DNA of 64,000 nt from a bacterium (GTDB taxonomy: Bacteria > Patescibacteriota > Minisyncoccia > Phycocordibacterales > Phycocordibacteraceae): assembly GCA_021836725.1 (NCBI GenBank), contig JAKBHL010000011.1:18210-82209 (forward strand). Direction: 5' to 3'. The translations under genes were made by a program, and so were the position numbers. The first letter of the stretch is position 1; each line of letters starts with the position of its first letter. The notes beneath the pieces are model-generated. The model saw only the letters and a list, made by a program, of their open reading frames with translations, was not told the origin of the DNA and made no database searches. Below, in pieces: positions 38,851-49,495 of the stretch.

Positions 38851-40550
38851 GGCAATGTTACGGTGGTCGTCGCGGTTTGCCCGGAAACATTTATTGCGGG
38901 AATCGTCGTTGTCGCGTATCCCGGGGCGGAAACCGTCGCTGCGTAGGTGCCGGCAGTAAGACCATTAAAGTAAGCGAGACCGCACGAAGAAGTCGGAATG
39001 GTCGCCGCATAGCCGCTTGTCGTGAGCACGACTTTGGCATCGCCGATGGAGCTGCTGGCGGTATTTTCGACCAAAATCGGAAGCGTATTAGTCGAGGGCA
39101 CTCCGACGATAAGCGCGGTACTCGTCGCTGAGGCGGGCGCGAGTTGATACGGCGCGCTCGGACAGCTTTCGATGAGCGACGTGCCGAGCGTGAGCGCATA
39201 GGCGTCCCATTCGAGCGATTCGGTTTTCTGCCCCGCGGCGCCTGTGGTGTCATTCACGACCGTTTTATAGATTGGGGTACTGCTCGCATCGGTACCGATG
39301 GTCTTGGTACCCGTCAGCGTGAAGGCAATATTTGGAAGCGGAAGCGGGCCGGAAGTGTGCGAGAGCGACCAATCGAGAAGCGACGGCGTCGTTGTCGTCG
39401 AGTTGCTCGTGAGCGAGGCGAGAAGCGTGAGCTCAGGATAGCTTGACGTGGCGATGCCGGTGAGCGACACCGGGAACGTTGAAAACCCGTCGCCATTGCC
39501 CGGGAGCACGGTATCGGGGAGCGGGTTGCCTGCGGCATCCGCGACACGGACGAGTACTGAGGTGCCGGAGGGAGTCGAGATATCCGCCGAGAGGATGCCC
39601 CAGCCATCAAGTCCGTTTGGCGCGATCGGTATCGAGAGTGCCGATCCGGCAAGCGACTGACTGGTAAGCACAAGCGCGCCGCCTGCAACCTGCGTGTTCG
39701 TCTCTCCGGAAAGATTGGACGCGTCGGCGAACGTATCGCTGAAGGCGGTCGTTGCCGCCGGCGAAAAGGTCGAGAGCGTGAGCGACGCAAGCAGATCAAT
39801 GGCGAATGTCGCGCTCGTCGTCTGGTCCAGCGTTACGGTGAGATAGCCCGGATTCGGGTTCACGTTCTGGCTCGTGCGCGCATAGGTCTGCGCGCTCGAA
39901 TACCCCGCACGCGATACATATACTTGATATTCCGAAGACGTGGCGGCGCCGCCGATGGTGACAAAGCCATCCGTGTTAGTGAATGTGGTGAAGTTGATCG
40001 TAGGGGAAGTCGAGGCATTGACGATTTGTACGCTCGCGCCACTTACCCCAACGCCGCCGGCATTCACAACGTGCAGGGAGAGCGTGCCGCCGCTCGTGTT
40101 TGATTCGATGCCCGGCGGCGCGAAGTTCGATACCAGTACGACCGATTTCGCGAGTCCGCCGATGGAGTACGAGACGGTCACTTCCCCTATTTTATAATCG
40201 GTCGTAATGCCGTTGGTATCGTTTGCTCCGAGCCCGTCGGCCGGATCGTCGTAGTATTCGATAAAGGTATGCGTCACATACGTCACGCCGTCGACCGTCG
40301 AGGTCGCCGTTTGGGGCACTGCTCCCGCCGGTATGCCGCCGACCGTGCCGATGGAATCGTAGGAAAGGCCGCGCAGGTATTCCATCTGCGTGCTCGCGAG
40401 CTCGACCGCGGCCGCCTTCGCCTTCGCGAAGGTCGAGAGCATGAGCGATGCCCGCAGAACGCCGAACAGCGAGAGAAACAAGATGAGCATGAGCGCGATG
40501 CCGACGATGACATCGATAAGGCCGAATCCTCGGTGCGCGCGCGTCATCAA
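38847..40550 (-). CDS. Large type IV minor pilin with carboxypeptidase-regulatory-like Ig domains
   Basis: RG|FGLID prepilin-like site (D at +5); TNTDG and VSAPGY repeats. Confidence 0.82.
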   Translation of the reverse strand: MMTRAHRGFGLIDVIVGIALMLILFLSLFGVLRASLMLSTFAKAKAAAVELASTQMEYLRGLSYDSIGTVGGIPAGAVPQTATSTVDGVTYVTHTFIEYYDDPADGLGANDTNGITTDYKIGEVTVSYSIGGLAKSVVLVSNFAPPGIESNTSGGTLSLHVVNAGGVGVSGASVQIVNASTSPTINFTTFTNTDGFVTIGGAATSSEYQVYVSRAGYSSAQTYARTSQNVNPNPGYLTVTLDQTTSATFAIDLLASLTLSTFSPAATTAFSDTFADASNLSGETNTQVAGGALVLTSQSLAGSALSIPIAPNGLDGWGILSADISTPSGTSVLVRVADAAGNPLPDTVLPGNGDGFSTFPVSLTGIATSSYPELTLLASLTSNSTTTTPSLLDWSLSHTSGPLPLPNIAFTLTGTKTIGTDASSTPIYKTVVNDTTGAAGQKTESLEWDAYALTLGTSLIESCPSAPYQLAPASATSTALIVGVPSTNTLPILVENTASSSIGDAKVVLTTSGYAATIPTSSCGLAYFNGLTAGTYAATVSAPGYATTTIPAINVSGQTATTTVTLP

Positions 40551-41761
40551 AATGCCGATGAGAGCGAATAAATCGGCGCGATCATCGCGACGGCGAAAAT
40601 ACCGACAACGGTGCCGATAAGGAGCATAAGGACCGGCTCGATAATGGTCGACAGATCTTTGGTCTTCTCGCTGACATCGGCCTCGTAAAATTCAGCGATC
40701 TGTTTCAGCATCAGAGCGACCTTTCCAGTCTCCTCCCCCACAGAAAGCATCTCGCTCATCAAGATAGGATAGAGCTTTGTGTGTTCGGAGAAAGCAGTCG
40801 AAAGGAGTTCGCCTTTTTTGACGCGCGCTTCCGCTTCCGCCACTACGCGTGCGAAAACTTCCGCATGTACGACATCTTTCGTTATGGAAAGCGCGTCGAG
40901 CACCGGCACGCCGGAAGAGAGCAGTGACGAGAGCGTTCGCGCGGCGCGCGCCGTATAGGTTTCACGCACGAGTTCGGCTACAACCGGCAGGTGAAGCGCG
41001 AGAAAGATCACCGTCCTATTCCCCCGCCGCGAGCGCAGGAAAGCGCTACCGCCGACGACAAGCGCGACAAGCGCGCCGAGCACCAGCACGATGTTCCCCA
41101 CGAGGAAGTTCGACAGAGCGACTATGATGCGCGTGGCAAGCGGCACTTGCACCCCCAGTTCAGTGAAGGTTTTCGTCAAGGTCGGCACGACATAGATGAG
41201 CATGAGGATGCCGACGATGACGATCGCCGTGATGACGATCGCCGGATAGATCATCGCGCCGCGTATCTTGCCCACCAGCTGTTCCGAACGCTCCATCTGG
41301 AGAGCGACGACAGTGAGCGCGTCGGAGAGGGAGCCGGATTCTTCGCCCGCGCGCGCCATCGCGACGAATAATTCGGGGAACACATGGGGATACAGGGCCA
41401 ACGCTTCATGGAATGAAGAACCTTTTTTGACCGATTCCGAAAGCCCCGTCAAAATAGCTTTCAAGTTCTTATTCCCCGATTGCCGTTCGATAACCGAGAG
41501 CGCGCGCGAAAGGGAGAGACCGGCGGAAAGCATCGCGGAGAGGTTCTTCGCCACCCGGATTATTTCGGCATGCTTCACGCCGGTACCGAAGGAGATGGAA
41601 AACCATGACGGGAGTTTCAGTTTCCCTTCGCCTTCCGTAAGCTCGACGACGAATCCGCCATCTTTCTGCACTTGGTCGTATACCGCAAAACGTGACGGCG
41701 CTTCGATGACGCTTATCTGATCCGGAGCGCCCTCTTTTCGTATCGTTGCGCGGAATTTCAT
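40547..41761 (-). CDS. pilC: Type IV pilus platform protein PilC/GspF
   Basis: AGEESGSL, AMIYP, VGEETG, IIEPVL. Confidence 0.95.
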   Translation of the reverse strand: MKFRATIRKEGAPDQISVIEAPSRFAVYDQVQKDGGFVVELTEGEGKLKLPSWFSISFGTGVKHAEIIRVAKNLSAMLSAGLSLSRALSVIERQSGNKNLKAILTGLSESVKKGSSFHEALALYPHVFPELFVAMARAGEESGSLSDALTVVALQMERSEQLVGKIRGAMIYPAIVITAIVIVGILMLIYVVPTLTKTFTELGVQVPLATRIIVALSNFLVGNIVLVLGALVALVVGGSAFLRSRRGNRTVIFLALHLPVVAELVRETYTARAARTLSSLLSSGVPVLDALSITKDVVHAEVFARVVAEAEARVKKGELLSTAFSEHTKLYPILMSEMLSVGEETGKVALMLKQIAEFYEADVSEKTKDLSTIIEPVLMLLIGTVVGIFAVAMIAPIYSLSSAF

Positions 41762-41762
41762 G

Positions 41763-43511
41763 TCATTCGCTTATGGCGCGCAGCACCTCTTCGAGACTCG
41801 TAATGCCGCGCGCGGCCTTGTAGAGCCCGTCCTCAAGCATGGTGAGCATGCCCTCCTTTTTTGCCTGCGCCTCGATGGCCTCGCTCGTGCTCGAATGAAG
41901 CATGATCTCCCGAATGGCGGACGAGACTGCGAGGACTTCATGAATGCCGATGCGGCTCTTGTACCCCTCTTCGCATTCAGGCGAGGCGACCGGCCGATAG
42001 AAAGAGAGGTCGTCAAGGCGGGTGTTCTCCTTCACGAGCTTTTCATCGCGGAGCGTCTTGAGCGCGACATCGAATTCCGCTTCGCTCGCGATCTTCGCGC
42101 GCATGGCCTTATCGACCGCATACGTTTCCTTGCTCTCGCAGAGTTTCCGCACAAGCCGCTGGCCGACGATGACGCGGATGGTAGAGACGAGGAGAAACGG
42201 TTCGACGCCCATATCGATGAGCCGCGGGATGGCGCCCGCGGCGCTGTTGGTGTGGATGGTCGAGAGCACCAAGTGGCCGGTTAAGGCGGCATTGATCGCG
42301 AGCGAGGCCGTTTCGCCGTCGCGGATCTCGCCGATCATGATGATATTCGGGTCCTGGCGCACGAGCGCCCGCAACCCGTTCGCGAAAGTGAACCCTATCT
42401 GCGGATTCACCTGCGTCTGATTGACCCGCTTCATCTGGTATTCAATCGGATCCTCGATAGTCGAGATGTTCACATCCGGCTTGTTGAGGATATCAAGCAT
42501 GGTGTAGAGCGTCGTCGTCTTCCCCGAGCCGGTCGGTCCCGAAATAAGGATGATGCCGGTCGTCTGCTTGAGCGCATGGTGTATGCGTTCCATATTCTCG
42601 CCGTGGAGCCCGAGCACCTCGAGCGTGAACCCCTCGCCTGTTTCGCGCAAAAGACGCATCACGATTTTCTCGCCGAAGAATGTAGGCAGTATCGAAACGC
42701 GGAACGAAACCCTGTCGGCCTCGGTTTCCATTTTGAAACGGCCGTCCTGAGGGAGACGCTTTTCATCGAGCTTCAGATTCGAAAGAACTTTGATGCGCGC
42801 CGCGATGCCCGCGGCGGCGACTTTTGGCAGCGTCATGGCGTCGTGGAGGATGCCGTCGATTCGATAACGGACGAGCACCTCGTCTTCCATCGGCTCGATA
42901 TGCACATCGGAGGCGCTTTGCACGATAGCGTGCCGCAGCAACGTATCGACGATGCGCACGATAGGCAAGTCCTCAGCCATCTTTTTGAGATCGTCGCTCG
43001 AAAGGTCCTTGTCGTTTTCTGCAACAACGCGGATTTTTTCCGTTTCGGTCGAGATGATGTCTCCGAACTCGTCCTTCAGCGACTTCTGGTATTCCAACAG
43101 CGCGTGCTTGATGCTCTCGGTATCGGTGAGACGCGGGAGTATCTTGAGACCCGTTTTCTTGCGCATTGCCTCGATTGAAGCGAGATCATCGACGTCGAGC
43201 ATCGCGACTTCAAGCTCGTTCCCCTCTTTTTTGAAGGCGATGATATTGTGCGTGCGCGCGATCGGTTCCGGGATAAGCGCGAGAATTTCCACGGGAATGC
43301 GATGATCTTTCAAATTTACGAAAGGTATGCCGAGCACATACGCTTGGATGCGCCGCAGAGCGTCCTCGGTGAGAGATCCTCGTGCGACGAGCAAGTTGCC
43401 GACCGACTGTCCCCGCTTCTTCGCTTCCTCGGCGGCGGCATCGACTTCCTTCTTGGCGACAAGGCCGGAGTCGGTGATGAATTCCTTCAGCTCTCCTTCC
43501 GAAACGTGCAT
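41763..43511 (-). CDS. pilB: Type IV pilus assembly ATPase PilB/GspE
   Basis: ASDVHIEP, SGPTGSGKTTTLY, RQDPNIIMIGEIRD; heads the pilC/pilin operon. Confidence 0.93.
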   Translation of the reverse strand: MHVSEGELKEFITDSGLVAKKEVDAAAEEAKKRGQSVGNLLVARGSLTEDALRRIQAYVLGIPFVNLKDHRIPVEILALIPEPIARTHNIIAFKKEGNELEVAMLDVDDLASIEAMRKKTGLKILPRLTDTESIKHALLEYQKSLKDEFGDIISTETEKIRVVAENDKDLSSDDLKKMAEDLPIVRIVDTLLRHAIVQSASDVHIEPMEDEVLVRYRIDGILHDAMTLPKVAAAGIAARIKVLSNLKLDEKRLPQDGRFKMETEADRVSFRVSILPTFFGEKIVMRLLRETGEGFTLEVLGLHGENMERIHHALKQTTGIILISGPTGSGKTTTLYTMLDILNKPDVNISTIEDPIEYQMKRVNQTQVNPQIGFTFANGLRALVRQDPNIIMIGEIRDGETASLAINAALTGHLVLSTIHTNSAAGAIPRLIDMGVEPFLLVSTIRVIVGQRLVRKLCESKETYAVDKAMRAKIASEAEFDVALKTLRDEKLVKENTRLDDLSFYRPVASPECEEGYKSRIGIHEVLAVSSAIREIMLHSSTSEAIEAQAKKEGMLTMLEDGLYKAARGITSLEEVLRAISE

Positions 43512-43669
43512 GATACTTGAAAGTATAGCGTGCATTGCCGCCGCCCGGGCGCGTATTTCACAGAGCATTGACTCGGAGGGGCGTATCTGGTATCGTATGA
43601 GCATCTGAGATGTCCGTGCGCGGACATTTTTGTTAGAGTGGGAACATTAGCTAGACATACATATTCCAT

Positions 43670-45019
43670 ATGATTGATTTGAAAACCATCAATGCAGTGC
43701 TCGGGGAGTTCGAGGATCGCGGCATCGGCCGCGCGACGATGATCGATGCTATCGAAAGCGCCATGGCGACCGCCTACAAGCGCGAGTACGGCAAGCGCGG
43801 ACAAGTCGTACGGGCAAAACTTGATCTCGATACGGGCACGGTCTCTTTCGAACAGGTGAAAACCGTCGTGGATGACACCACAGCGCGCTTCCCGACCGAA
43901 GGCGAAGAGCACGAAAAACACGCGCATGGATTCTATCCGGAAGAGGAGCAGCTTGCCGAGGGCGAATTGCCACGTTTTGATCCCGAGAAGCACATACTGC
44001 TCGCCGATGCGAAACGCATGAAGCGCGGCGCCGCTTTAGGCGAGGAAATCGTATTCCCGCTTGAATCGCAGGACGACTTCGGCCGCATCGCGGCGCAGAC
44101 CGCAAAACAGGTGGTCATCCAGAAGGTGCGCGAGGCCGAAAAGCTTTCAATGATGGAGGAGTTCGGCGAAAAGAAGGGCAAGATCGTCAGCGGTATCGTG
44201 CAGCGCATGGAGCGCGGCGCGATTTTCGTCGATCTCGGGCGTACGACCGGCATCATTCCCTACGAAGAGCAGATCCCGGGCGAGCGCTACCGCATGGGCG
44301 AACGCATTCGCGCATACCTTTACGCGGTTGACGAAGGTTTCCGCGGCGTGTATCTTCGGCTCTCGCGCGCACATCCGAAATTCGTCGTAAAACTTTTCGA
44401 ACTCGAAGCGCCGGAACTCGCGGCGGGATCAATCGAAGTAAAAGCGCTTGCACGCGAGCCGGGCAGCCGCACCAAGATCGCGCTCGTGTCCCTCGACCCG
44501 CACGTGGATCCGGTGGGTTCCCTGGTCGGACAACGGGGCGTACGCGTCTCGACCGTGATGAGCGAGCTCGGCGGCGAGCGCATCGATATCATCGAATGGA
44601 GCGAGGACGCGAAGGAATTCGTGAAAGAGTCGCTCTCGCCCGCAACGCCGATCGATGTCGTGCTCGACGAGGCCGCGCATCGCGCGACAGTCACCGTCTC
44701 CGGCGACGAGCAGTCGCTTGCCATCGGCCGCGGCGGCCAGAACGTCCGTTTGGCGGCGAAGCTCACCGGCTGGAATATCGATATCGTGTCGATAGACGGC
44801 AATGAGATTGCCGAATCCGACGGCGAATCGGCGGCGATCGCCACGGAGGATCCCGCCGAAGCGGCAGGGGTTATGCCGACCGAAAGCGCGGAGGTCATCG
44901 CCGACGCGCCGGCGGAGAAGACCGAGCTCCCCGCCGAGGAAGAATTGACCGAGCTCCCCGCTTCAGACGAAACTATCGCTGACAAGGAGGAGGATCGCGA
45001 TACGGCGAAAGATGATTAG
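43670..45019 (+). CDS. nusA: Transcription factor NusA
   Basis: FGRIAAQTAKQ, AREPGSRTK, LAIGRGGQNVRLA; acidic tail. Confidence 0.98.
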   Translation: MIDLKTINAVLGEFEDRGIGRATMIDAIESAMATAYKREYGKRGQVVRAKLDLDTGTVSFEQVKTVVDDTTARFPTEGEEHEKHAHGFYPEEEQLAEGELPRFDPEKHILLADAKRMKRGAALGEEIVFPLESQDDFGRIAAQTAKQVVIQKVREAEKLSMMEEFGEKKGKIVSGIVQRMERGAIFVDLGRTTGIIPYEEQIPGERYRMGERIRAYLYAVDEGFRGVYLRLSRAHPKFVVKLFELEAPELAAGSIEVKALAREPGSRTKIALVSLDPHVDPVGSLVGQRGVRVSTVMSELGGERIDIIEWSEDAKEFVKESLSPATPIDVVLDEAAHRATVTVSGDEQSLAIGRGGQNVRLAAKLTGWNIDIVSIDGNEIAESDGESAAIATEDPAEAAGVMPTESAEVIADAPAEKTELPAEEELTELPASDETIADKEEDRDTAKDD

Positions 45020-45174
45020 AACTCATTTCAAACTCCCCGCTCGGGTATGCGGCAGAAAGGAGTACGCCGTCTTTTTGTGCTCAAAAAGCGGCTCGTACTC
45101 GCGTCGTCACGCTCCGTAAGCCTCTTTCTGCCGCATACCTCTCGCGGAGATATGGGGTTTTGAAATGAGTTCCA
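45017..45174 (-). repeat. MITE/REPIN-like repeat, copy 3
   Basis: Terminal inverted repeats GAACTCATTTCAAA/TTTGAAATGAGTTC; same core; starts at the nusA TAG. Confidence 0.87.
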
Positions 45175-45202
45175 GTACGTTTATAAGGTATACTTGATTC
45201 AT

Positions 45203-45727
45203 ATGAACTTGTGGCACGACATAGACCCCGGTACGAAAGAAGAGATGAACATCATCATCGAGATTCCGAAAGGATCGCACAATAAATACGAGATCGATAA
45301 AAAGACCGGCATGATCAAACTCGATCGGGTCATGCACAGCGCGCAGGACTATCCTTTCGACTACGGTTTCATACCGCAGACACTCTGGGACGACGGCGAC
45401 GCGCTTGATGTCGTACTGCTCACCACGCATCCGCTTGCGATCGGCATCCTCGCTCCCGCACGGCCGATCGGCATCATGCATATGGTGGACGGCGGCGATC
45501 CGGACGAAAAAATCATCGCCGTCGCCTCAGGCGATCCGCGCTACGCGGAAGTAAAGGATATCCGGGACGCGAATCAGCATGTGCTCAAGGAAATAGCGCA
45601 TTTCTTCGCAACGTATAAGCAAATTCAGAAGAAAGAAGTTTCGGTCGGCGATTTTGAAGGCCGTTCTTTCGCCGAGGCGGCATATCTGCGCGCGCGAAAA
45701 ATGTACGATGATAAAAATAAAAAATGA
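45203..45727 (+). CDS. ppa: Inorganic pyrophosphatase (family I)
   Basis: NKYEIDK, YGFIPQT, DGDALDV. Confidence 0.96.
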   Translation: MNLWHDIDPGTKEEMNIIIEIPKGSHNKYEIDKKTGMIKLDRVMHSAQDYPFDYGFIPQTLWDDGDALDVVLLTTHPLAIGILAPARPIGIMHMVDGGDPDEKIIAVASGDPRYAEVKDIRDANQHVLKEIAHFFATYKQIQKKEVSVGDFEGRSFAEAAYLRARKMYDDKNKK

Positions 45728-45906
45728 GTATTATGGATGATGAAAAAACCCTTCCCGCCGGCGTCCCGTCGCCCAAAGCTCAGTCCTGGGGGGCGGTCAT
45801 TTCCATCGTGCTCATCATGCTTATGGTCATTATCGGAGCCTTCTATGCGTGGGGACAGCGGATTGCGCAGGAGCGATCATTTCCCGTATCATCCACGACA
45901 CCTTAA
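45724..45906 (+). CDS. Small single-TM protein
   Basis: [25 protein letters not shown]; coupled to ppa. Confidence 0.65.
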   Translation: MSIMDDEKTLPAGVPSPKAQSWGAVISIVLIMLMVIIGAFYAWGQRIAQERSFPVSSTTP

Positions 45907-45917
45907 GATGCACTTCC

Positions 45918-46520
45918 ATGTATAAACACACTCAGCCGCATTCTTCGATGCTCGTACCGATGGTCATAGAAAAAAGCCAGTTCGGCGAGCGCGCGTATGA
46001 TATCTACTCGCGCCTTCTCAAGGAACGCATCGTTTTCCTCGGAGGGCCGATAGACGATGACACGGCGAACCTGGTGATTGCGCAGCTGTTGTTCCTCGAG
46101 GCTGAAGATCCAAAAAAAGATATTTCGCTCTATATAAACTCGCCCGGCGGTTCAGTCACCGCGACTCTGGCGATGGTTGATACCATGAATCATGTAAAGC
46201 CGGCGGTCTCTACCGTATGCGTCGGCATGGCGGCTTCGGGCGCGGCCATCCTCCTTTCTGCAGGTGAGAAAGGGAAACGGTTCGCTCTTCCAAATGCCGA
46301 GATCATGATCCACCAGCCGCACGGCGGCGCCGAGGGGCAGGCGACCGATATCGAGATCACCGCGAAACAGATCATAAAGCTCCGCGAACGGCTCAATAAA
46401 ATTCTCGCAAAAAATACCGGCCAGTCGCTTGAGAAAATTGAGAAGGATGTGGAACGCGATTTCTTCATGACCGCGGAGGAAGCGAAGAAGTACGGCCTCG
46501 TCGATCAGGTATACAAGTGA
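45918..46520 (+). CDS. clpP: ATP-dependent Clp protease proteolytic subunit
   Basis: [27 protein letters not shown]. Confidence 0.98.
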   Translation: MYKHTQPHSSMLVPMVIEKSQFGERAYDIYSRLLKERIVFLGGPIDDDTANLVIAQLLFLEAEDPKKDISLYINSPGGSVTATLAMVDTMNHVKPAVSTVCVGMAASGAAILLSAGEKGKRFALPNAEIMIHQPHGGAEGQATDIEITAKQIIKLRERLNKILAKNTGQSLEKIEKDVERDFFMTAEEAKKYGLVDQVYK

Positions 46521-46532
46521 TAGAAATTGAAG

Positions 46533-46577
46533 CCATGAAAAACAGCGCGGCGCAAAGCGCCGCGCTGTTTTTCATGG
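46533..46577 (+). terminator. Intrinsic terminator after clpP
   Basis: CCATGAAAAACAGCGCGGCGC-AAA-GCGCCGCGCTGTTTTTCATGG. Confidence 0.85.
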
Positions 46578-46680
46578 TAGAGTCCAGTGACGCCGTTCCG
46601 CTGCCCGACCTCGCCCTCTGCCCGACCGCACGCCCCTTTTAGAATCTCGCCCCGCAGGATCGGGGATAATTGAACGGGTT

Positions 46681-48210
46681 ATGTCATTTAACATCGTATT
46701 GCTGCTGCTTGCGCTTTCGGGCGTAGGCGGCGTCGCGCTCGGCTATGTGCTGCGCGTCCTCATCGGTCTCGCGCAACGCGGCTCGGTCGAGCTCGATATC
46801 AAACAGAAACTGCTGCAGGCAAAGGAGCAGGCGGCAAAGATACTGGCCGACGCTGAATACAGAGGAGCCGTCATCGAAACGGAGCGTCTCGCGCCCATCG
46901 AGGAGCGCGAAGAGAAAGTCGCGTTACGGGAAGATCGCCTGGCCTCGCGCGAAGAATTCCTCGACTCCCGGCAGCGCGACCTAGATGACAAGGAAAATGA
47001 AGTGCGCTCGCGCGAGCAGACGGTGGCGCGCACGAAAAGCGAAGCGGAGGATCTCGTCGCAGAGCGTTCGAAAGAACTCGCGAAGGTCGCGCATCTTTCA
47101 GAGACGGCGGCGCGCGAAGAACTTTTTTCCGAAATCGAACGCACCCATGAAGAGGCCATCCTGCTGCGGCTGCAGAAACTCGCCGCAAACGGCCGCGAAC
47201 GTCTCGAGGATAAAGCGCGCGCCATCCTCATAAACTCGATCCATCGCCTCGGGAATGCGGTGAATGCCGAGGTCATGTCGCTCTCAGTCGCGCTCCCTTC
47301 CGAGGAAGTAAAGGGAAAAATAATCGGGAAAGAGGGCCGCAATATCAAAGCTTTCGAGCGCGCTACCGGAGTCGACGTCCTCATCGATGACGCTCCGGAT
47401 CGGATAGCGCTTTCGTCTTTCGACCCGCTGCGCAGGGCGATCGCAAAGATTGCGCTTGAAAAACTCATAGCCGACGGCCGTATCCAGCCTGCCAAGATAG
47501 AGGAGACGGTGGAGAAAACGCGCGTCGAGGTTGCGGATATCATGAAGCAGAAAGGCGAAGCCGCAGCGTTTGAAAGCGGCGTCATAGGGCTCGATCCGAA
47601 ACTTATCGCGCTCTTGGGGCGCCTCCATTTCCGGACGAGCTACGGGCAGAACGTACTTCAGCACTCTATCGAAATGGCTCATATCGCCGGCATGCTTGCC
47701 ACGGAGCTCGGCGTTGATGCTTCCGTTGCGCGCACGGGGGCCCTCCTGCATGACATCGGCAAAGCGGTCGATCATGAGGTCCAGGGCACGCACGTCGAGA
47801 TAGGGCGCAGGATCCTTGAGAAATTCGGCGTCGACAAGCGTGTCATCCAGGCGATGCAATCGCACCATGAGGAGTACCCGTACGAGACGCCCGAAGCCAT
47901 CATCGTACAGGTGGCGGACGCCATTTCAGGCAGTCGTCCGGGCGCCCGCCGCGACACGGTCGATCGCTATCTCGAACGTCTCAGCGATCTCGAGCGTCTT
48001 GCCGGCACGTTCGAGGGTGTCGAGAAAGTCTATGCCATTTCGGCAGGCCGCGAACTGCGGGTCTTCGTAAATCCCGGGAAAGTTTCTGATCTCGCGATGC
48101 ACGCACTCGCGCGCGCTATAGCGACGCGCATACAGGCCGAGCTGAAGTACCCGGGTGAGATCAAAGTGAACATCATCCGCGAAAATCGGGTCGTGGAATT
48201 CGCCCGCTGA
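46681..48210 (+). CDS. rny: Ribonuclease Y
   Basis: N-terminal TM, coiled coil, KGKIIGKEGRNI KH domain, LLHDIGK HD domain. Confidence 0.97.
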   Translation: MSFNIVLLLLALSGVGGVALGYVLRVLIGLAQRGSVELDIKQKLLQAKEQAAKILADAEYRGAVIETERLAPIEEREEKVALREDRLASREEFLDSRQRDLDDKENEVRSREQTVARTKSEAEDLVAERSKELAKVAHLSETAAREELFSEIERTHEEAILLRLQKLAANGRERLEDKARAILINSIHRLGNAVNAEVMSLSVALPSEEVKGKIIGKEGRNIKAFERATGVDVLIDDAPDRIALSSFDPLRRAIAKIALEKLIADGRIQPAKIEETVEKTRVEVADIMKQKGEAAAFESGVIGLDPKLIALLGRLHFRTSYGQNVLQHSIEMAHIAGMLATELGVDASVARTGALLHDIGKAVDHEVQGTHVEIGRRILEKFGVDKRVIQAMQSHHEEYPYETPEAIIVQVADAISGSRPGARRDTVDRYLERLSDLERLAGTFEGVEKVYAISAGRELRVFVNPGKVSDLAMHALARAIATRIQAELKYPGEIKVNIIRENRVVEFAR

Positions 48211-48332
48211 CTTTATTGCGCATTATCCACGAGGTCTTGTAAAGACCTCTTGCATAATGTGGCGCATTTCCTATACTTTCCCGCATACCCGCTTACACAC
48301 CGTGCCGCGGGGTTACCAGTTAGCAGATACTC

Positions 48333-48605
48333 ATGAACAAAGCAGATATTGTCGACAAGGTGCATGGCGTTCTCGGCTCTACGAAAGCCGACGCCGAACG
48401 CGCCGTTGAGACGGTCATAGACTCCATTGTTTCCGGCCTCAAATCGGGCGACGAGGTTTCTATCGCGGGACTTGGTATCTTTGCAACGAAAGCGCGCCAG
48501 GCGCGCGAAGGCCGCAACCCCCGCACCGGTGAGACGATCCACATCGCGGCTTCGCGGACGGCAAAGTTCCGCCCGGCCAAAGCGCTCAAGGACGCGGTAA
48601 AATAA
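48333..48605 (+). CDS. hup: HU family DNA-binding protein
   Basis: MNKADIV...GLGIF...GRNPRTGE...FRPAKALKDAV. Confidence 0.97.
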   Translation: MNKADIVDKVHGVLGSTKADAERAVETVIDSIVSGLKSGDEVSIAGLGIFATKARQAREGRNPRTGETIHIAASRTAKFRPAKALKDAVK

Positions 48606-48654
48606 GCCAATAAGACCAACGCTCGCCTGGCGATAAGGACTGCCGGCAGCTATG

Positions 48655-48700
48655 TGCGGAGAAAACCGCGGCACCCGAGGGTGCCGCGGTTTTCTCCGCA
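48655..48700 (+). terminator. Long hairpin/terminator after hup
   Basis: TGCGGAGAAAACCGCGGCACC-CGAG-GGTGCCGCGGTTTTCTCCGCA. Confidence 0.75.
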
Positions 48701-48747
48701 AGGCGTCGCATTTGCTGAACCAACCATGCCACGCTACAATCGGAGCC

Positions 48748-49410
48748 ATGAACTATATTCGGAAAGTAGAAAATGCGAAAAAATTGATACGGGAATCGAT
48801 CGCTACCTATCCGAAAATCATTCTCGGTTCCTCTTTCGGCAAGGATTCGATGGTAACGTTGCATCTCACCTTGTCGGTAAAGCCCGATATCCCCGTATTC
48901 TCGGTCCTTGCCGACACAGAATTCCCGGAAACGTATGCATTTGCGGAAGAAATGGTCCGTAAATACGGATTGAATTACACGCCGTACGTATTCGAGCAGG
49001 TGCAAGGCAAGAAATGCTGCGGAGAGTCCAAAGTTGAAAAAACCAGGGAAGCCCTCAAGCCTTATGACGCCTGGATTTCCGGAGTAAGAAAAACGGAGGG
49101 CATCACCAGAGCCAATTTCAATCCGGTGGAAGAAAAAAACGGGCTGACAAAAATCAATCCGATACTCGAGTTCACGGAATTGGACATCTGGAGATATCTC
49201 GCACTCAATGAGGTTCCGGTAAATCCGAAATACAAAGAGGGTTACAGAAGTCTGGGGTGCAGCCTTTGTTCTTTCCCCGAAGAGGACGAATCCGAAAGTG
49301 AACGCGCGGGAAGGTGGAAAGGGACGACGGACGCCTGCGGCGAATGCGGCATCCATACGCAGCCCCTCAGGAACTCGTTTTCGGAGCCCAGGGAGGCACA
49401 GGTTGCATAG
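48748..49410 (+). CDS. cysH: APS/PAPS reductase (CysH family)
   Basis: SFGKDS, CC..K, GYRSLGCSLCS, ERAGRW, ECGIH. Confidence 0.88.
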   Translation: MNYIRKVENAKKLIRESIATYPKIILGSSFGKDSMVTLHLTLSVKPDIPVFSVLADTEFPETYAFAEEMVRKYGLNYTPYVFEQVQGKKCCGESKVEKTREALKPYDAWISGVRKTEGITRANFNPVEEKNGLTKINPILEFTELDIWRYLALNEVPVNPKYKEGYRSLGCSLCSFPEEDESESERAGRWKGTTDACGECGIHTQPLRNSFSEPREAQVA

Positions 49411-49495
49411 CCTCTTTCTGCCGCATACCCCTCGCGTCACCCTGTAAATTATATGTTTAACATTTAATTACTCGCGTCGCCCTGGAGTTTTGAAA
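49410..49495 (-). repeat. Partial MITE/REPIN-like repeat remnant
   Basis: GCCTCTTTCTGCCGCATACCCCTCGCG (49410-49436) and GAGTTTTGAAAT end-like sequence. Confidence 0.6.

Noticed and set aside
36845-43511. Type IV pilus operon as a novel system
   Set aside because: The pilB-pilC-minor pilin arrangement is standard for Patescibacteria, so it is annotated under features only.
45107-45481. ORFs sharing the peptide MRQKEAYGA (13683, 45107, 51121)
   Set aside because: These are translations of the MITE-like repeat, not a protein family.
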